From Ktedonobacteria bacterium (GTDB lineage Bacteria; Chloroflexota; Ktedonobacteria; Ktedonobacterales; JADMIN01): a DNA stretch of 59,260 bases. Each line of letters opens with the position of its first letter. The first letter of the stretch is position 1. The DNA is taken from positions 1 through 59,260 of the forward strand of contig DAHUXT010000001.1 of NCBI GenBank assembly GCA_027307065.1. Reading direction: 5' to 3'. The notes under the pieces were generated by a model, which saw only the letters and a program-made list of their open reading frames with translations, made no database searches and was not told the DNA's origin. The position numbers and the translations under genes are program-made. Positions 44,706-55,200 of this stretch are shown one piece after another.

Positions 44706-45437
44706 TCATGAACGATGCTCTGAAGTCAGCGATTGTGCAGTATTCATGTGTTCGGGATGTCTCCCGTTGCTCTGCGTCCCCTGCGCGGGCGAGCCTTCGA
44801 CGGTCTCAACCGCGTCAACCGAGGACGATTGGCGCGCTGAACGCGAGAGCTTCAGCCAGACGGCGACGATACGCTGCACCGAGGTGAATACACTCGTTAC
44901 CGCAAGCAATAGGAGCGTCCAGATGAGCCACTGCCCGGCTCCCAGGATGAGTCCCGCTGCCAGCACCAGCACACGCTCAGGCCGGGCCATCAGACCACTC
45001 TTCATTTCCAGGCCCAAACCCTCAGCCCGCGCGCGCACATAGCTGACCATGAGCGACCCCAGTCCGGCGATGTACGCCAGAGCCAGAGCCCATGCCTTTT
45101 CCGTTGATGGCGGCAAGCTGTTGACGTAAAGGATGATGCCGAGGATGATAATGCCCTCAGAATAGCGGTCCAGCGTCGAATCGAAGAAAGCGCCAAAAGT
45201 CGTCTTCTGATTCCGCACGCGTGCCAGCGCCCCATCCACCATGTCAAACATTCCAGCAATCAGTAGCATCACGCCCCCCAGGCGCAATGACCCCATCGCC
45301 AGAATCGCCGCCGTAATCGCGTTGAGCAGCAGCCCGATAAGCGTTGCCATGTTTGGAGTCATGCCAATCGCCGCCAGCGGCCAAACCACTAACTCGGCGA
45401 TACGGCGCGCGGTTTGTTGTATCCGTGGCCCAAACAT
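44706..45437 (-). CDS. CDP-alcohol phosphatidyltransferase, phosphatidylinositol-phosphate synthase (PgsA1)-like
   Basis: Complete family motif D-x2-DG-x2-AR-x8-G-x3-D-x3-D in FDMVDGALARVRNQKTTFGAFFDSTLDRYSE. Multi-TM. Genomic context includes ino1, pimA-like and patA-like genes. Confidence 0.8.
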   Translation of the reverse strand: MFGPRIQQTARRIAELVVWPLAAIGMTPNMATLIGLLLNAITAAILAMGSLRLGGVMLLIAGMFDMVDGALARVRNQKTTFGAFFDSTLDRYSEGIIILGIILYVNSLPPSTEKAWALALAYIAGLGSLMVSYVRARAEGLGLEMKSGLMARPERVLVLAAGLILGAGQWLIWTLLLLAVTSVFTSVQRIVAVWLKLSRSARQSSSVDAVETVEGSPAQGTQSNGRHPEHMNTAQSLTSEHRS

Positions 45438-45641
45438 ACCTGCTCCTCGTTGCGTGCTGCTTCTATTGTACCACTACCTGTCCCACACGTATGCGAATCC
45501 AGGCACTCGTTTGCCAGAGCGATTCGCGCCAGCGAAAAGATGCGCTTATGGCCCATCAGGCCCAGCCTCGCCAGCCCTTTGCGGCGTTGGCTGTCTCTTG
45601 TTGGCTGTCAATTGGCCATTTCCGACATCGCCGATACGGCG

Positions 45642-46844
45642 CTATTCCAGAATTGGTAGGACCGCAGCCGTCGGACGCGCGAGCTGTCTGCCCCATGTGG
45701 TGGCGTACTCCGCGCGCAGTTCACGATAATAGTCGAGCACCTGCCCGGCAATATGCTCCCAGCCAAAATCCTTGGCGCGCTCGCGGGCGGCATACGCCAA
45801 TCGCCGACGTTCGGCCTCGTCATCCAACAGATGACAGATCGCCCACGCAAGCTGCTCGTGGCTCTTGGGCGCGACCAGCAATCCATCGCGCTGATTACGA
45901 ATCACCGAGCGGAACCCCGGAATATCTGAGGCTACCACTGCCCGACCAGAGGCCATCGCCTCCAACAATACGATACCCTGGCTCTCGCCGCCGGTATTAG
46001 GCGCGCAGAAGACGTCCGCCGTCGCATAGAGCGACGGAAGCTGCTCCGCTGGAACGCGCCCCAAAAAGACAACATCGCGCCAGTCTGTCTGGGCCACATA
46101 CGTCTGGAATCCCACCCGCTGTGGGCCGTCGCCGCCGATCAGAAAACGGGTATTGGGATAGTGCTGGCGAATGATGGGAATCGCTCGCAGCAGATATTTC
46201 AACCCTTTGCGCTGCTCCAGTCGGCCGAGAAAGACGACATTGAAGCGCCCGTCATTGTATTGCGCGAGCGGAGGCACAGTGGTGCTAAAGCGTCCCAGAT
46301 CGACCCCGTTGGGAATAACTCGGTACTCGCCAGGGAAGAACCGTGAGACGAACTCCACCGCGGCTGGCGAGACAGCGATGCGCCCATGCAATCGCCGGAA
46401 GTAGCGGCCCAGTAGCGGCTTGGCGGAATAATACGCCCAATCACTCGTCGAGGTAAGACTGCGCCGCGCCCAGGCGTGGAACGTGCCGACGTAGAGTGTG
46501 TTGGTGATGCCCGTCAGATGGAGCATCGTCAGGGGCAGGGCGGATGCCAACGGCTCGTGCATATGCAGCACGTCGAATTCTTCGCGCCGCAACAGCGAGC
46601 GAATGCGTCCGCGCCAGTCTGGGGCCACCGCTACCCGCGCAATCGAGCCATTGACACGCACCGGAGCCGCCCATCCCAACTTGTAGACGCCATATTCCAC
46701 CTGCCGCGCACGTGAGCCAGTCGCGGGGGTGAGGATGCGCACGGTGTTGCCCCGGCTGCGCAACTCGGCGGCCAGGTGCGCTATGTGATCCTGCACGCCC
46801 CCTGGATAGCTCCAGTCGTAGGGCGAAACAAGTCCAATTTTCAA
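45642..46844 (-). CDS. GT4 glycosyltransferase, PimA (phosphatidylinositol mannosyltransferase)-like
   Basis: The N-terminus MKIGLVSPYDWSYPGGVQDHIAHLAAELRSRGNTVRILTP closely parallels the PimA N-terminus. C-terminal EX7E region (GGESQGIVLLEAMASGRAVV). Confidence 0.8.
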   Translation of the reverse strand: MKIGLVSPYDWSYPGGVQDHIAHLAAELRSRGNTVRILTPATGSRARQVEYGVYKLGWAAPVRVNGSIARVAVAPDWRGRIRSLLRREEFDVLHMHEPLASALPLTMLHLTGITNTLYVGTFHAWARRSLTSTSDWAYYSAKPLLGRYFRRLHGRIAVSPAAVEFVSRFFPGEYRVIPNGVDLGRFSTTVPPLAQYNDGRFNVVFLGRLEQRKGLKYLLRAIPIIRQHYPNTRFLIGGDGPQRVGFQTYVAQTDWRDVVFLGRVPAEQLPSLYATADVFCAPNTGGESQGIVLLEAMASGRAVVASDIPGFRSVIRNQRDGLLVAPKSHEQLAWAICHLLDDEAERRRLAYAARERAKDFGWEHIAGQVLDYYRELRAEYATTWGRQLARPTAAVLPILE

Positions 46845-46999
46845 TGCGCGCCTTCCTGTCGGTTCATGATATCGAGCGATGGTGCTCGATGCTCTTTCGT
46901 GTTCGTCTGCTTCTGCGTCGTCTGCGAGACCGTGGCTCGATGGCTACATCCATGATGCAAGGCTCTGCGCACCCTCCGGCGCCTGGCACCGGGACACCC

Positions 47000-47917
47000 T
47001 TAGCGTACCACGCTAGCCGATGGGCGCATGCGGGTGCTCCGCTCGAGGGCGAACCCACCGATGCGCGCCATCGCGGTGCGGCGTGGCTCGATCTGCTCGT
47101 GCGTCGCTCCACCCCCATATACCATGCGATGTGAGACGAATGCAACATACTCTCTGGCTTGCCAGTAGCGCCCCTGCGGCGATGTCTGTCGCAACTCGAC
47201 CGCTCGGCGGAAATCCGCGGCGTTGCGGCCTGGAAAGAGCGTGCGCGCGCAGCCAACCGCCGTCGTCGTGTGCGCGTCGCTGCTGCCAGTCTCAGCCCAA
47301 TGATAGACCGTGCGCGCAAGTGACATGGCAATGCGCGACGAACCGATGCCCGCGAAGCTGCCATTGAGTGTCTCGATGCCATCGGGGTGCAGGTCGGGCT
47401 GTCGCAACAGCCGGTTCATCACCTTGCGCTGCACGCTATGGCGGAAGACCCGATTAAACGGATGGGCGATGATTGCGAGGCCGCCTTGCGCGTGTACCAG
47501 TTCAATACTACGCTCGATGCTCAGGCCTGGCGGGACACGCTTTTCCAGGAAGAGGGCCAGCATGTGTCCCTCGCGCGTGCTGATTTCTTCGCCGACAATC
47601 ACCTCAAAGGGATAGCTGCGGCGAGCCGCAAGGTCGCGGGCACGCAGCGCGCCGTCGATGGTGTCGTGATCAGTGATGGCGATCACATCGAGTGGCGTGT
47701 AGGTCTCGACAAAGTTCAATACCTCGTCCACCGAGCCAGTGCCGTCGCTGTAGTTCGTGTGCATATGCACATCGGCGAGGCCGTCGCCTGGGATGCCACC
47801 GCGCGCGATGTCGATGATTTCGTCGCGCTGGTAGGTGGCTGCGATCGTTTCTTCAAAAGTATGTTCGGCATCACCAGACGGTGTGCTATGCAGTCGCTTG
47901 TTGGAATCGCTCTTCAT
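47000..47917 (-). CDS. PHP-domain metal-dependent phosphoesterase
   Basis: ADVHMHTNYSDGTGS, VIAITDHDTIDG, IIAHP and SSDAH blocks of the polymerase/histidinol-phosphatase fold. Confidence 0.8.
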   Translation of the reverse strand: MKSDSNKRLHSTPSGDAEHTFEETIAATYQRDEIIDIARGGIPGDGLADVHMHTNYSDGTGSVDEVLNFVETYTPLDVIAITDHDTIDGALRARDLAARRSYPFEVIVGEEISTREGHMLALFLEKRVPPGLSIERSIELVHAQGGLAIIAHPFNRVFRHSVQRKVMNRLLRQPDLHPDGIETLNGSFAGIGSSRIAMSLARTVYHWAETGSSDAHTTTAVGCARTLFPGRNAADFRRAVELRQTSPQGRYWQAREYVAFVSHRMVYGGGATHEQIEPRRTAMARIGGFALERSTRMRPSASVVR

Positions 47918-47971
47918 GCGTTGTGTCTTTCCTTCGCTTTCCTGTCTGTGTGCTCGTCATGGTCGTAACGC

Positions 47972-48979
47972 TCACACGGATGGGATCGCGGATTGCTGCT
48001 GGCGGGTAGCCGCTGGCGACATGTGTGTTGCCGTCGATATTTGTTCGGTCATGTGGTATTTGCCGGGCTGGTCGTCGGTCTCCCAGACCGTTGCCAGCGT
48101 TGAAACCCACTGTTCTGGATGCGCCGAGATCAGCCTTTCCAACTGCTCGACATAGAGGTGTACCGCGTGAGAGGTGTCTTCTTCGGTACGCGCGCGCGCG
48201 GCTGCGTTGCCAGCACCTTCGGTACCCGTATGCCCCGGCTGAACGTTCAGCGGAATGACACCACCGTGTGACCTTCCCCGGCCCAGTCGCCACGAGAACG
48301 ACGCGACAATCGGCGCGCCGGTTTTAAGCGCCAGGGCAACCGCCGACGTTGGCAGCCGCGCTGGCTCGCCGAAGAATGGCGTCTGGATGCTCGACCCCAC
48401 GATGAAGCGGTCGGCGGCGATCAGCACCATCTCGTTCCGTTTGAGCGCGTTCATCATCTCGCGCAGGGTCTCGCGGCTATCCGCCGGAAACAGGCGCATG
48501 TTGTGATGCGCGCGCGTCTTGCAGAACCAGGTGAAGAGCTCCTCTGGCTGCATACGTTCGGCAGGTGTAGTCATCAGGTAGCCGAGCGCGCCCAGCCGCG
48601 ACGCGCCATATTCGAAGTTGCCAAAGTGGGCACTCACGACGATGAGCCCGCGTCCCTGCTGCATCGCCTCATTGATAATCTCTTCGCCCTCGGTTGTCCA
48701 TCCCGCAAGCACCTGCTTGTCGGTCAGATGCGGCCCCCGCAGGAAGTCTACATAGTTGAGCACCATATTCTCGAAGACGCCGCGCGTCGCGTGATGCAGG
48801 GCCACAGGATCGCTGGCGAGGGAAGGCACGTGGCGCAGATTGCGCTCCACCCGGCGGCGAAGTTCTCCCCCGAAGGCCCAGATGAGCCTGCCGATGAGCC
48901 GGGCGCTGGGATACACCAGCCACAGGGGAATGAATGGAATGATGGTCGCCGCCAGGCGAAACGCGCGCAACTTAGCCAT
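47972..48979 (-). CDS. lipid A biosynthesis-type (LpxL/HtrB/PatA family) acyltransferase, copy 2
   Basis: N-terminal membrane anchor. Catalytic-region motif SAHFGNFE (HxxxxD/E). Its start ATG at 48979 overlaps the stop of copy 1 by 8 nt. Confidence 0.8.
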   Translation of the reverse strand: MAKLRAFRLAATIIPFIPLWLVYPSARLIGRLIWAFGGELRRRVERNLRHVPSLASDPVALHHATRGVFENMVLNYVDFLRGPHLTDKQVLAGWTTEGEEIINEAMQQGRGLIVVSAHFGNFEYGASRLGALGYLMTTPAERMQPEELFTWFCKTRAHHNMRLFPADSRETLREMMNALKRNEMVLIAADRFIVGSSIQTPFFGEPARLPTSAVALALKTGAPIVASFSWRLGRGRSHGGVIPLNVQPGHTGTEGAGNAAARARTEEDTSHAVHLYVEQLERLISAHPEQWVSTLATVWETDDQPGKYHMTEQISTATHMSPAATRQQQSAIPSV

Positions 48980-50030
48980 TGGATTGCTCTCCCGGAGCCA
49001 GGCTCGCTGCCGCGGTCTGGAGTCGCCTGGACGCCATGTGCTCGGATGATGACGGCGCGCCGCCTTCGGGCCAGAATCGGCGGAACATTTCCCATTGGTC
49101 AGGATATTGCCGGATAACTTCCTCCATGGACTCGAACATTTGCTGTGTCAACCGTATCGTATCGGCACGTTTGTCGCCAGTATGCTGTGGGAAGATGGGG
49201 GACATTGCCCCTAAGTAATACGTACTGGAATAGTTTTTGTCGTAACGGCAATAGCCGGGGAGAATTGTCGCGCCTGATTTCAGTGCGAGTTGCGCGATTC
49301 CACCAGGAACATAGCAGGTCTTGCCGAAGAACGTTATCGGCACGCCCTCCTCTGGCGGCACTGGCTTATCGACGGCGACGGCTACCACCTTATTCTCTTG
49401 CAAGGCGCGCAGGATCCGGCGTGGCGTCTTCTCGATGCGAATGAGGTTCAGGCCAAACTTGCCGCGCTGGTCCATTACCAGCTTATCCATGCGCGGGTCA
49501 TCAAACGATTCGACGATGAGATCGATGGGTACATGGCTGCGTACCATAACGGCGGCCACATCCCACGCACCGAAGTGAAACGAGACGAGGATAACCCCCT
49601 TGCCAGGGGCCAGTGCCTGATCAATGTGGTTGAATGCTCCCGGCGCTGGCGTGACGTCTTTCATGCGCGCGAGCAACTCGTCGAAGGTCGCATTGGGAAG
49701 ATAGAAGAAGTCAGAAATATAGCGTCCGTAATTACGCCAGGAGTCCCGCGCCAGCCGCCGCGCGCGCGGATCGTTCTCCGGAACGCCGAGCACCTGGGCC
49801 ATATTGGCGATAGTCACGCGCCGCTTGGCTACCCACGCATAATACACCAGCACAGTAATGGGGCCGCCAACGGCCAGCCGTACCGGACGTGGCACGCGAC
49901 CGGCGAGCCAACTGGCAAAACGGGTAAGGTAGTAGACCAACGTCTCGCTCCCTCGGTGCATCCTCAGCAGGCGGAGCAGCGAAAACACACAGGATTGATT
50001 GCGTTTCCCCTCGGCTGACCCGGCGCGCAT
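48972..50030 (-). CDS. lipid A biosynthesis-type (LpxL/HtrB/PatA family) acyltransferase, copy 1
   Basis: Motif SFHFGAWD. An alternative ATG at 49961 was verified. Confidence 0.8.
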   Translation of the reverse strand: MRAGSAEGKRNQSCVFSLLRLLRMHRGSETLVYYLTRFASWLAGRVPRPVRLAVGGPITVLVYYAWVAKRRVTIANMAQVLGVPENDPRARRLARDSWRNYGRYISDFFYLPNATFDELLARMKDVTPAPGAFNHIDQALAPGKGVILVSFHFGAWDVAAVMVRSHVPIDLIVESFDDPRMDKLVMDQRGKFGLNLIRIEKTPRRILRALQENKVVAVAVDKPVPPEEGVPITFFGKTCYVPGGIAQLALKSGATILPGYCRYDKNYSSTYYLGAMSPIFPQHTGDKRADTIRLTQQMFESMEEVIRQYPDQWEMFRRFWPEGGAPSSSEHMASRRLQTAAASLAPGEQSNG

Positions 50031-50143
50031 ATCTGCCGAGCCTGCCGGGGAGAGAGTAACAGGAGTTGTTACGCAAGCGCAACATCTCTACGCTAAATGG
50101 GTGAGCCGTAACCCCTCCCCGACACGGAGAGGGGTCGCGTCAA

Positions 50144-51373
<1,230 letters not shown>

Positions 51374-51430
51374 ACGTTTCCGGGCCTGCCCGGATGGGAT
51401 GATGGCTGAACAACCACTGTTAAGAGCTGC

Positions 51431-51880
51431 TTAGAACTGCCGGGCTGGCCGGGTGCCATTAGGCTTGCCAGTTGGCTTGCCGGCTGTTGTGCCTGCTACG
51501 CCAGGCGCGAGCAGCGATGCGTCACCGGGATCGCCCGCTGGCGAGAGTGCCGTCGTCGAAGCCGCTGGAGCAGGCTCGCCACTGATGACGTCTCCCAATC
51601 GCCGCAGGCTCTGCTGACACCGCGCGACATCGAGCCAGCAATAGACCTGCCGCCCCTGCCGACGCGTGCGTACCAGCCCATTGCGCCGCAGGATTCCCAA
51701 ATGCCACGAAACCAGTGGCTGACTGATCAGCAACTGCTGCGAGAGATCGGTAACGTTCACCTCTTGGCTGTTGGCCAGAACACGCACGATGTTCAGGCGC
51801 ACCTTGTCGGCCAGCGCGCGCGTTAATTTTTCGAGCTCGGTGTAGTCTTGCCAGCCATCCGGTGTGCCTGTTTGTGTCAT
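51431..51880 (-). CDS. ArsR/SmtB family transcriptional regulator
   Basis: ATG verified at 51880. HTH block LADKVRLNIVRVLANSQEVNVTDLSQQLLISQPLVSWHLGILRRNGLV. Lies 57 nt upstream of ino1 on the same strand. Confidence 0.8.
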   Translation of the reverse strand: MTQTGTPDGWQDYTELEKLTRALADKVRLNIVRVLANSQEVNVTDLSQQLLISQPLVSWHLGILRRNGLVRTRRQGRQVYCWLDVARCQQSLRRLGDVISGEPAPAASTTALSPAGDPGDASLLAPGVAGTTAGKPTGKPNGTRPARQF

Positions 51881-51970
51881 TCGCTCCGCCTTCGGCCGAC
51901 GAGGAGGAGCACGTAATCCGCGCCATCGCACGACATTGTGCTGTTCTCTCGCCAAATACATCAAGCCATG

Positions 51971-52034
51971 CTATATAAGCAAATCCTATATAAAGGATCG
52001 CTATATATGTACCTGACCGGCTCTCAGTTGTCAA
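51971..52034 (-). promoter_or_regulatory. candidate arsR/ino1 promoter-operator: TTGACA -35 plus three CTATATA boxes at exact 15-bp spacing
   Basis: Minus-strand TTGACA at 52029..52034, a 17-nt spacer, then TACATA at 52006..52011. sCTATATA boxes at 51971, 51986 and 52001 overlap and follow the -10. Confidence 0.45.
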
Positions 52035-52207
52035 GGGACAGTTAACCGCGGCTCGTGATTGGGGTCATCCGCAGACGCGTCCTGTCCATTGGGGGAGCCG
52101 CATCCCTGCCGGAATGACGGGTGCGATTGCCTGCCATGCCTACTAGAATGAGGGAAGAATAGGGCGACGCACTCTCGGTATTTTGATGAGATTGCGACAC
52201 AACAGCG

Positions 52208-52738
52208 ATGACACATGGCGAGACGAGGCGTACTATGCAGGGTTTCTACTGGCTGATCGAGGATATGTTGGCTGGATGCGCGCGACCGGGTGGAAGCATG
52301 ACACGGCGCGATGCTTTGCCGGATGACGCGGGCGCGCTTGCGGCGCTAGACGCCGATCTGGCCTGGCTGCGCGAGCGAGGCATCGGCGCGGTGCTCTCGA
52401 TGACCGAGACGCCGCTCTCCGCTGAGGCGCTCGAACGTCACGGCCTGGAGTCGCTCCATGTGCCGGTGGACGATCTGACCGCGCCCACGCCCGAACAGTT
52501 CGACCAGGCGCTGCGTTTCATCGACTGGCAGCGTGTCCGTGGGAAGCCTGTCGTCGTCCATTGCAAGATGGGCCAGGGACGCACTGGCGTGGTGCTGGCG
52601 GCCTATCTGGTGCGAACGGGCGCGACCCCCGCACAGGCTCTGGCGCGGGTACGGGCAGTCTGCCCCGGCGCGGTGGGAGTCTCTGAACAGGAACGCGCGC
52701 TCGACGCCTTTGCCATTCGCCGCGACTGGATTGTCTGA
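52208..52738 (+). CDS. dual-specificity / PTP-fold cysteine phosphatase
   Basis: Active-site loop VVHCKMGQGRTG (CX5R), with an upstream conserved D in VPVDDLTAP. An alternative start lies at M10 (52235). Confidence 0.8.
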   Translation: MTHGETRRTMQGFYWLIEDMLAGCARPGGSMTRRDALPDDAGALAALDADLAWLRERGIGAVLSMTETPLSAEALERHGLESLHVPVDDLTAPTPEQFDQALRFIDWQRVRGKPVVVHCKMGQGRTGVVLAAYLVRTGATPAQALARVRAVCPGAVGVSEQERALDAFAIRRDWIV

Positions 52739-52770
52739 TGGAGCGTCTGATGGAGCGTCTGATGGATGCT
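52735..52770 (+). repeat. 12-nt tandem repeat (ctgatggagcgt x2 plus ctgatggatgct) beginning at the phosphatase stop codon
   Basis: Read directly from the sequence. Confidence 0.9.
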
Positions 52771-52918
52771 CTGACGCGCTTGCTCTCCTGACGTCTCCTT
52801 GAAGGTTCGCGAAATTTCGGATACCATGGCAGCACACCGTGCATCGCATTCACGGCGCAGGCGATCCGGCTAAACGTGGCACGCTTCGTCTGACGAGGAA
52901 GTAGAGAATCAGAGACTG

Positions 52919-54013
52919 ATGTATGCATCCATTCTAGCCGGTGGCAGCGGGACTCGCCTCTGGCCCTTGAGCACACCAGAAACCCCCAAACAGTTCCTCC
53001 GGCTGATGAGCGATCGCACGATGCTGCAAGAGACCGTCGAGCGTGTTGCGCCATTTGTTGCTCCTGACCACCTCTACGTCGTGACCTTCGAGCGCTATCG
53101 CCAGTCCGTCGCCGAGCAACTGCCCGCGCTGCCCGCCGAGCACATTCTGGCGGAGCCACTGGGCCGTGGGACCGCCGCATCCATTGGCCTCGCCGCCACG
53201 CTCATTGCCGCGCGCGAACCGACCGCCACCATGGCATCCGTCCATGCCGACGCCGCGATTACCGATGTTGAGGGATTTCGTCGCGCGCTCGCGTTTGCCG
53301 AGCAGGTGGCGCGCCAGGGGTATCTCGTAACGCTAGGCATCACGCCGACCTACGCGGAAACCGGCTACGGCTACATTCAGGCGGGCGAGCCGATGGCTGC
53401 CTCGGGCGATCTGACCGCGTACCGTGTCAGCCGATTTGTCGAGAAGCCGCAGCGTGAAGTGGCAGAGGAATACGTGCGCGCAGGCCACTACTCGTGGAAT
53501 TCCGGAATCTTCCTGTGGCGAGTAGATCGCATCCTCGAAGAAATGCGCCGCCACGTGCCGCAGATCGCCAGCGTACTCGACGAGATCGGCGCCGCCGCTC
53601 GACACACCGGAGGACGGATGACGGCGGAGGTTGAGCAGGTGATGCATCAGGCCTGGCAACGGCTGACCGAGAATGTAACTATCGACGTAGGCATCATGGA
53701 GCGCGCCGACCGTATGGCCGTCATCCCTGTCTCGGTCGGCTGGAATGACATCGGAAGCTGGGCGCAGGTTGCCACACTGCACCCCCAGGATGAAGCAGGC
53801 AACGTGATGGTTGGTCTGCAGGCGGATGACTGTCTGCGCGTGCAAACAGATGATACGCTGATCTTCAGCACCACTGGCCGGCCTGTGTCTACCGCCGGGG
53901 TCAAGGGATTGGTCATTGTCGATACGCCCGACGGTGTGTTGGTATGTTCCAAGGAACACGCGCAATTGGTGAAAGACCTGGCCGAACGCGCAAAACAGCG
54001 CCAGCAAGGCTAG
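52919..54013 (+). CDS. manC: mannose-1-phosphate guanylyltransferase
   Basis: N-terminal ILAGGSGTRLWPLS...PKQF nucleotidyltransferase signature. 364 aa, with no C-terminal isomerase domain. Confidence 0.85.
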   Translation: MYASILAGGSGTRLWPLSTPETPKQFLRLMSDRTMLQETVERVAPFVAPDHLYVVTFERYRQSVAEQLPALPAEHILAEPLGRGTAASIGLAATLIAAREPTATMASVHADAAITDVEGFRRALAFAEQVARQGYLVTLGITPTYAETGYGYIQAGEPMAASGDLTAYRVSRFVEKPQREVAEEYVRAGHYSWNSGIFLWRVDRILEEMRRHVPQIASVLDEIGAAARHTGGRMTAEVEQVMHQAWQRLTENVTIDVGIMERADRMAVIPVSVGWNDIGSWAQVATLHPQDEAGNVMVGLQADDCLRVQTDDTLIFSTTGRPVSTAGVKGLVIVDTPDGVLVCSKEHAQLVKDLAERAKQRQQG

Positions 54014-54015
54014 AT

Positions 54016-54056
54016 CCATCGGTGGGCGCTTGCCGATGGGATATCTTTCTCATTTC
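54016..54056 (+). terminator. possible intrinsic terminator after manC
   Basis: Stem ccatcgg / ccgatgg (54016..54022 and 54033..54039) with a 10-nt loop, followed by the T-rich gatatctttctcatttc. Confidence 0.4.
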
Positions 54057-54185
54057 AGAACGAGATGAGACATCGTCGTATCTCACAGCATGCTATACTG
54101 AGCACGCAACGGATGCGCGATTGTGGGATGTGACAGCGGGGGGCAGATCGCAGGCACGTCTGCGGCGAGAGGCACGAGAACGACC

Positions 54186-54974
54186 ATGGCCAAGTCCAGA
54201 GTGACGGCAACAAACCGCCTTGCCAACGTGATCGAAGTGGTTGAATTGGGTCGGCGCACGGGCCTACTTTCCGCGGAGCGTGATGGCAACGGACTGGAAG
54301 AGGGTGAGATCTATTTTGTCTCGGGGCATCCGGTCTATGCCGCTCTCGGGCAACTCACCGGCCGCGAGGCGCTGAATATCCTGATTCGCTGGGGTGAGTG
54401 CCGCTTTGCCTTCGAGACATCGGCGCAGCGCCCTATCCCCAATGTCTCCGGAGTATTGCCCGCCGTCGACAACAACGGCTCCCCGTATGGTGTCAGCACT
54501 TCCTACAATAATGGCCAGCCACCCGAGCCACCGCCGCAACAGCCCACGTCAAGGCCAACACATCCAAGTGGCGCCAGCGGCGCTGGCTGGGGCTATCGAG
54601 GCAGCGCGCCCAATATGATGCCGGGTATGAATCCCAACACGCCTATCATGCCAAATACTCCCAATCCACCGAATTATGGCAATTCTGGTATTTGGAACCC
54701 CTCCGACCCGCCTTCCTCGCCCGCGAGTTCTGGCTATCGCTCGCCATCGAGGCAACCATTGCGCGCCGAGCACGATACGCCGCGGCGCACGCCAGATGTG
54801 CGCGACTTGAACACGCTGGTGGCAACCTATAGTCTCTCGCGAGGACATCGGACAGTCCTGCTGCTGGCAAACGGGCAGCACACGGTGGGCGATATGGCGC
54901 GACTTTCCGCGAAGTCGGTGGATGAGGTCCTCCAACTGCTGAGCGACCTGAAGGGCTTCGGGCTCATCTTTTAG
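54186..54974 (+). CDS. DUF4388-domain protein with Pro/Asn/Gly-rich linker and C-terminal wHTH-like module
   Basis: ATG verified at 54186. The N-terminus LANVIEVVELGRRTGLLSAER...GEIYFVSGHPVYA...GREALNILIRWGECRFAFE matches the DUF4388 pattern. Confidence 0.65.
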   Translation: MAKSRVTATNRLANVIEVVELGRRTGLLSAERDGNGLEEGEIYFVSGHPVYAALGQLTGREALNILIRWGECRFAFETSAQRPIPNVSGVLPAVDNNGSPYGVSTSYNNGQPPEPPPQQPTSRPTHPSGASGAGWGYRGSAPNMMPGMNPNTPIMPNTPNPPNYGNSGIWNPSDPPSSPASSGYRSPSRQPLRAEHDTPRRTPDVRDLNTLVATYSLSRGHRTVLLLANGQHTVGDMARLSAKSVDEVLQLLSDLKGFGLIF

Positions 54975-55200
54975 GAGTGCGAGTAGGGATGCGAATACGC
55001 ATGGAGGATGTGTGGCACGCGGCGGAAAGTCAGCATATCAACGCAACCAGCGCAGTATTTGGTCGTATCCGAAAGTACTGATTTTCACTGAGAACGGCGG
55101 TCAGGCGTGGCACGATAAAGTGCTATCGTCAGCATTGACGCGTCACCGGAATGCCTGTTGATTGCTCGCGTTGAGCGCTCGCGCATTGTCGGTTGAACGA

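Noticed and set aside
44706-45437. Di-myo-inositol-phosphate (DIPP) synthase interpretation of the CDP-alcohol transferase
   Set aside because: It is not fused to or adjacent to an inositol-1-P cytidylyltransferase. The neighbours are PimA-like and PatA-like lipid enzymes, which favours a PIP synthase. It remains the main alternative and is listed as a refutation test.
53333-54019. 228-aa minus-strand ORF
   Set aside because: It lies antisense to manC.
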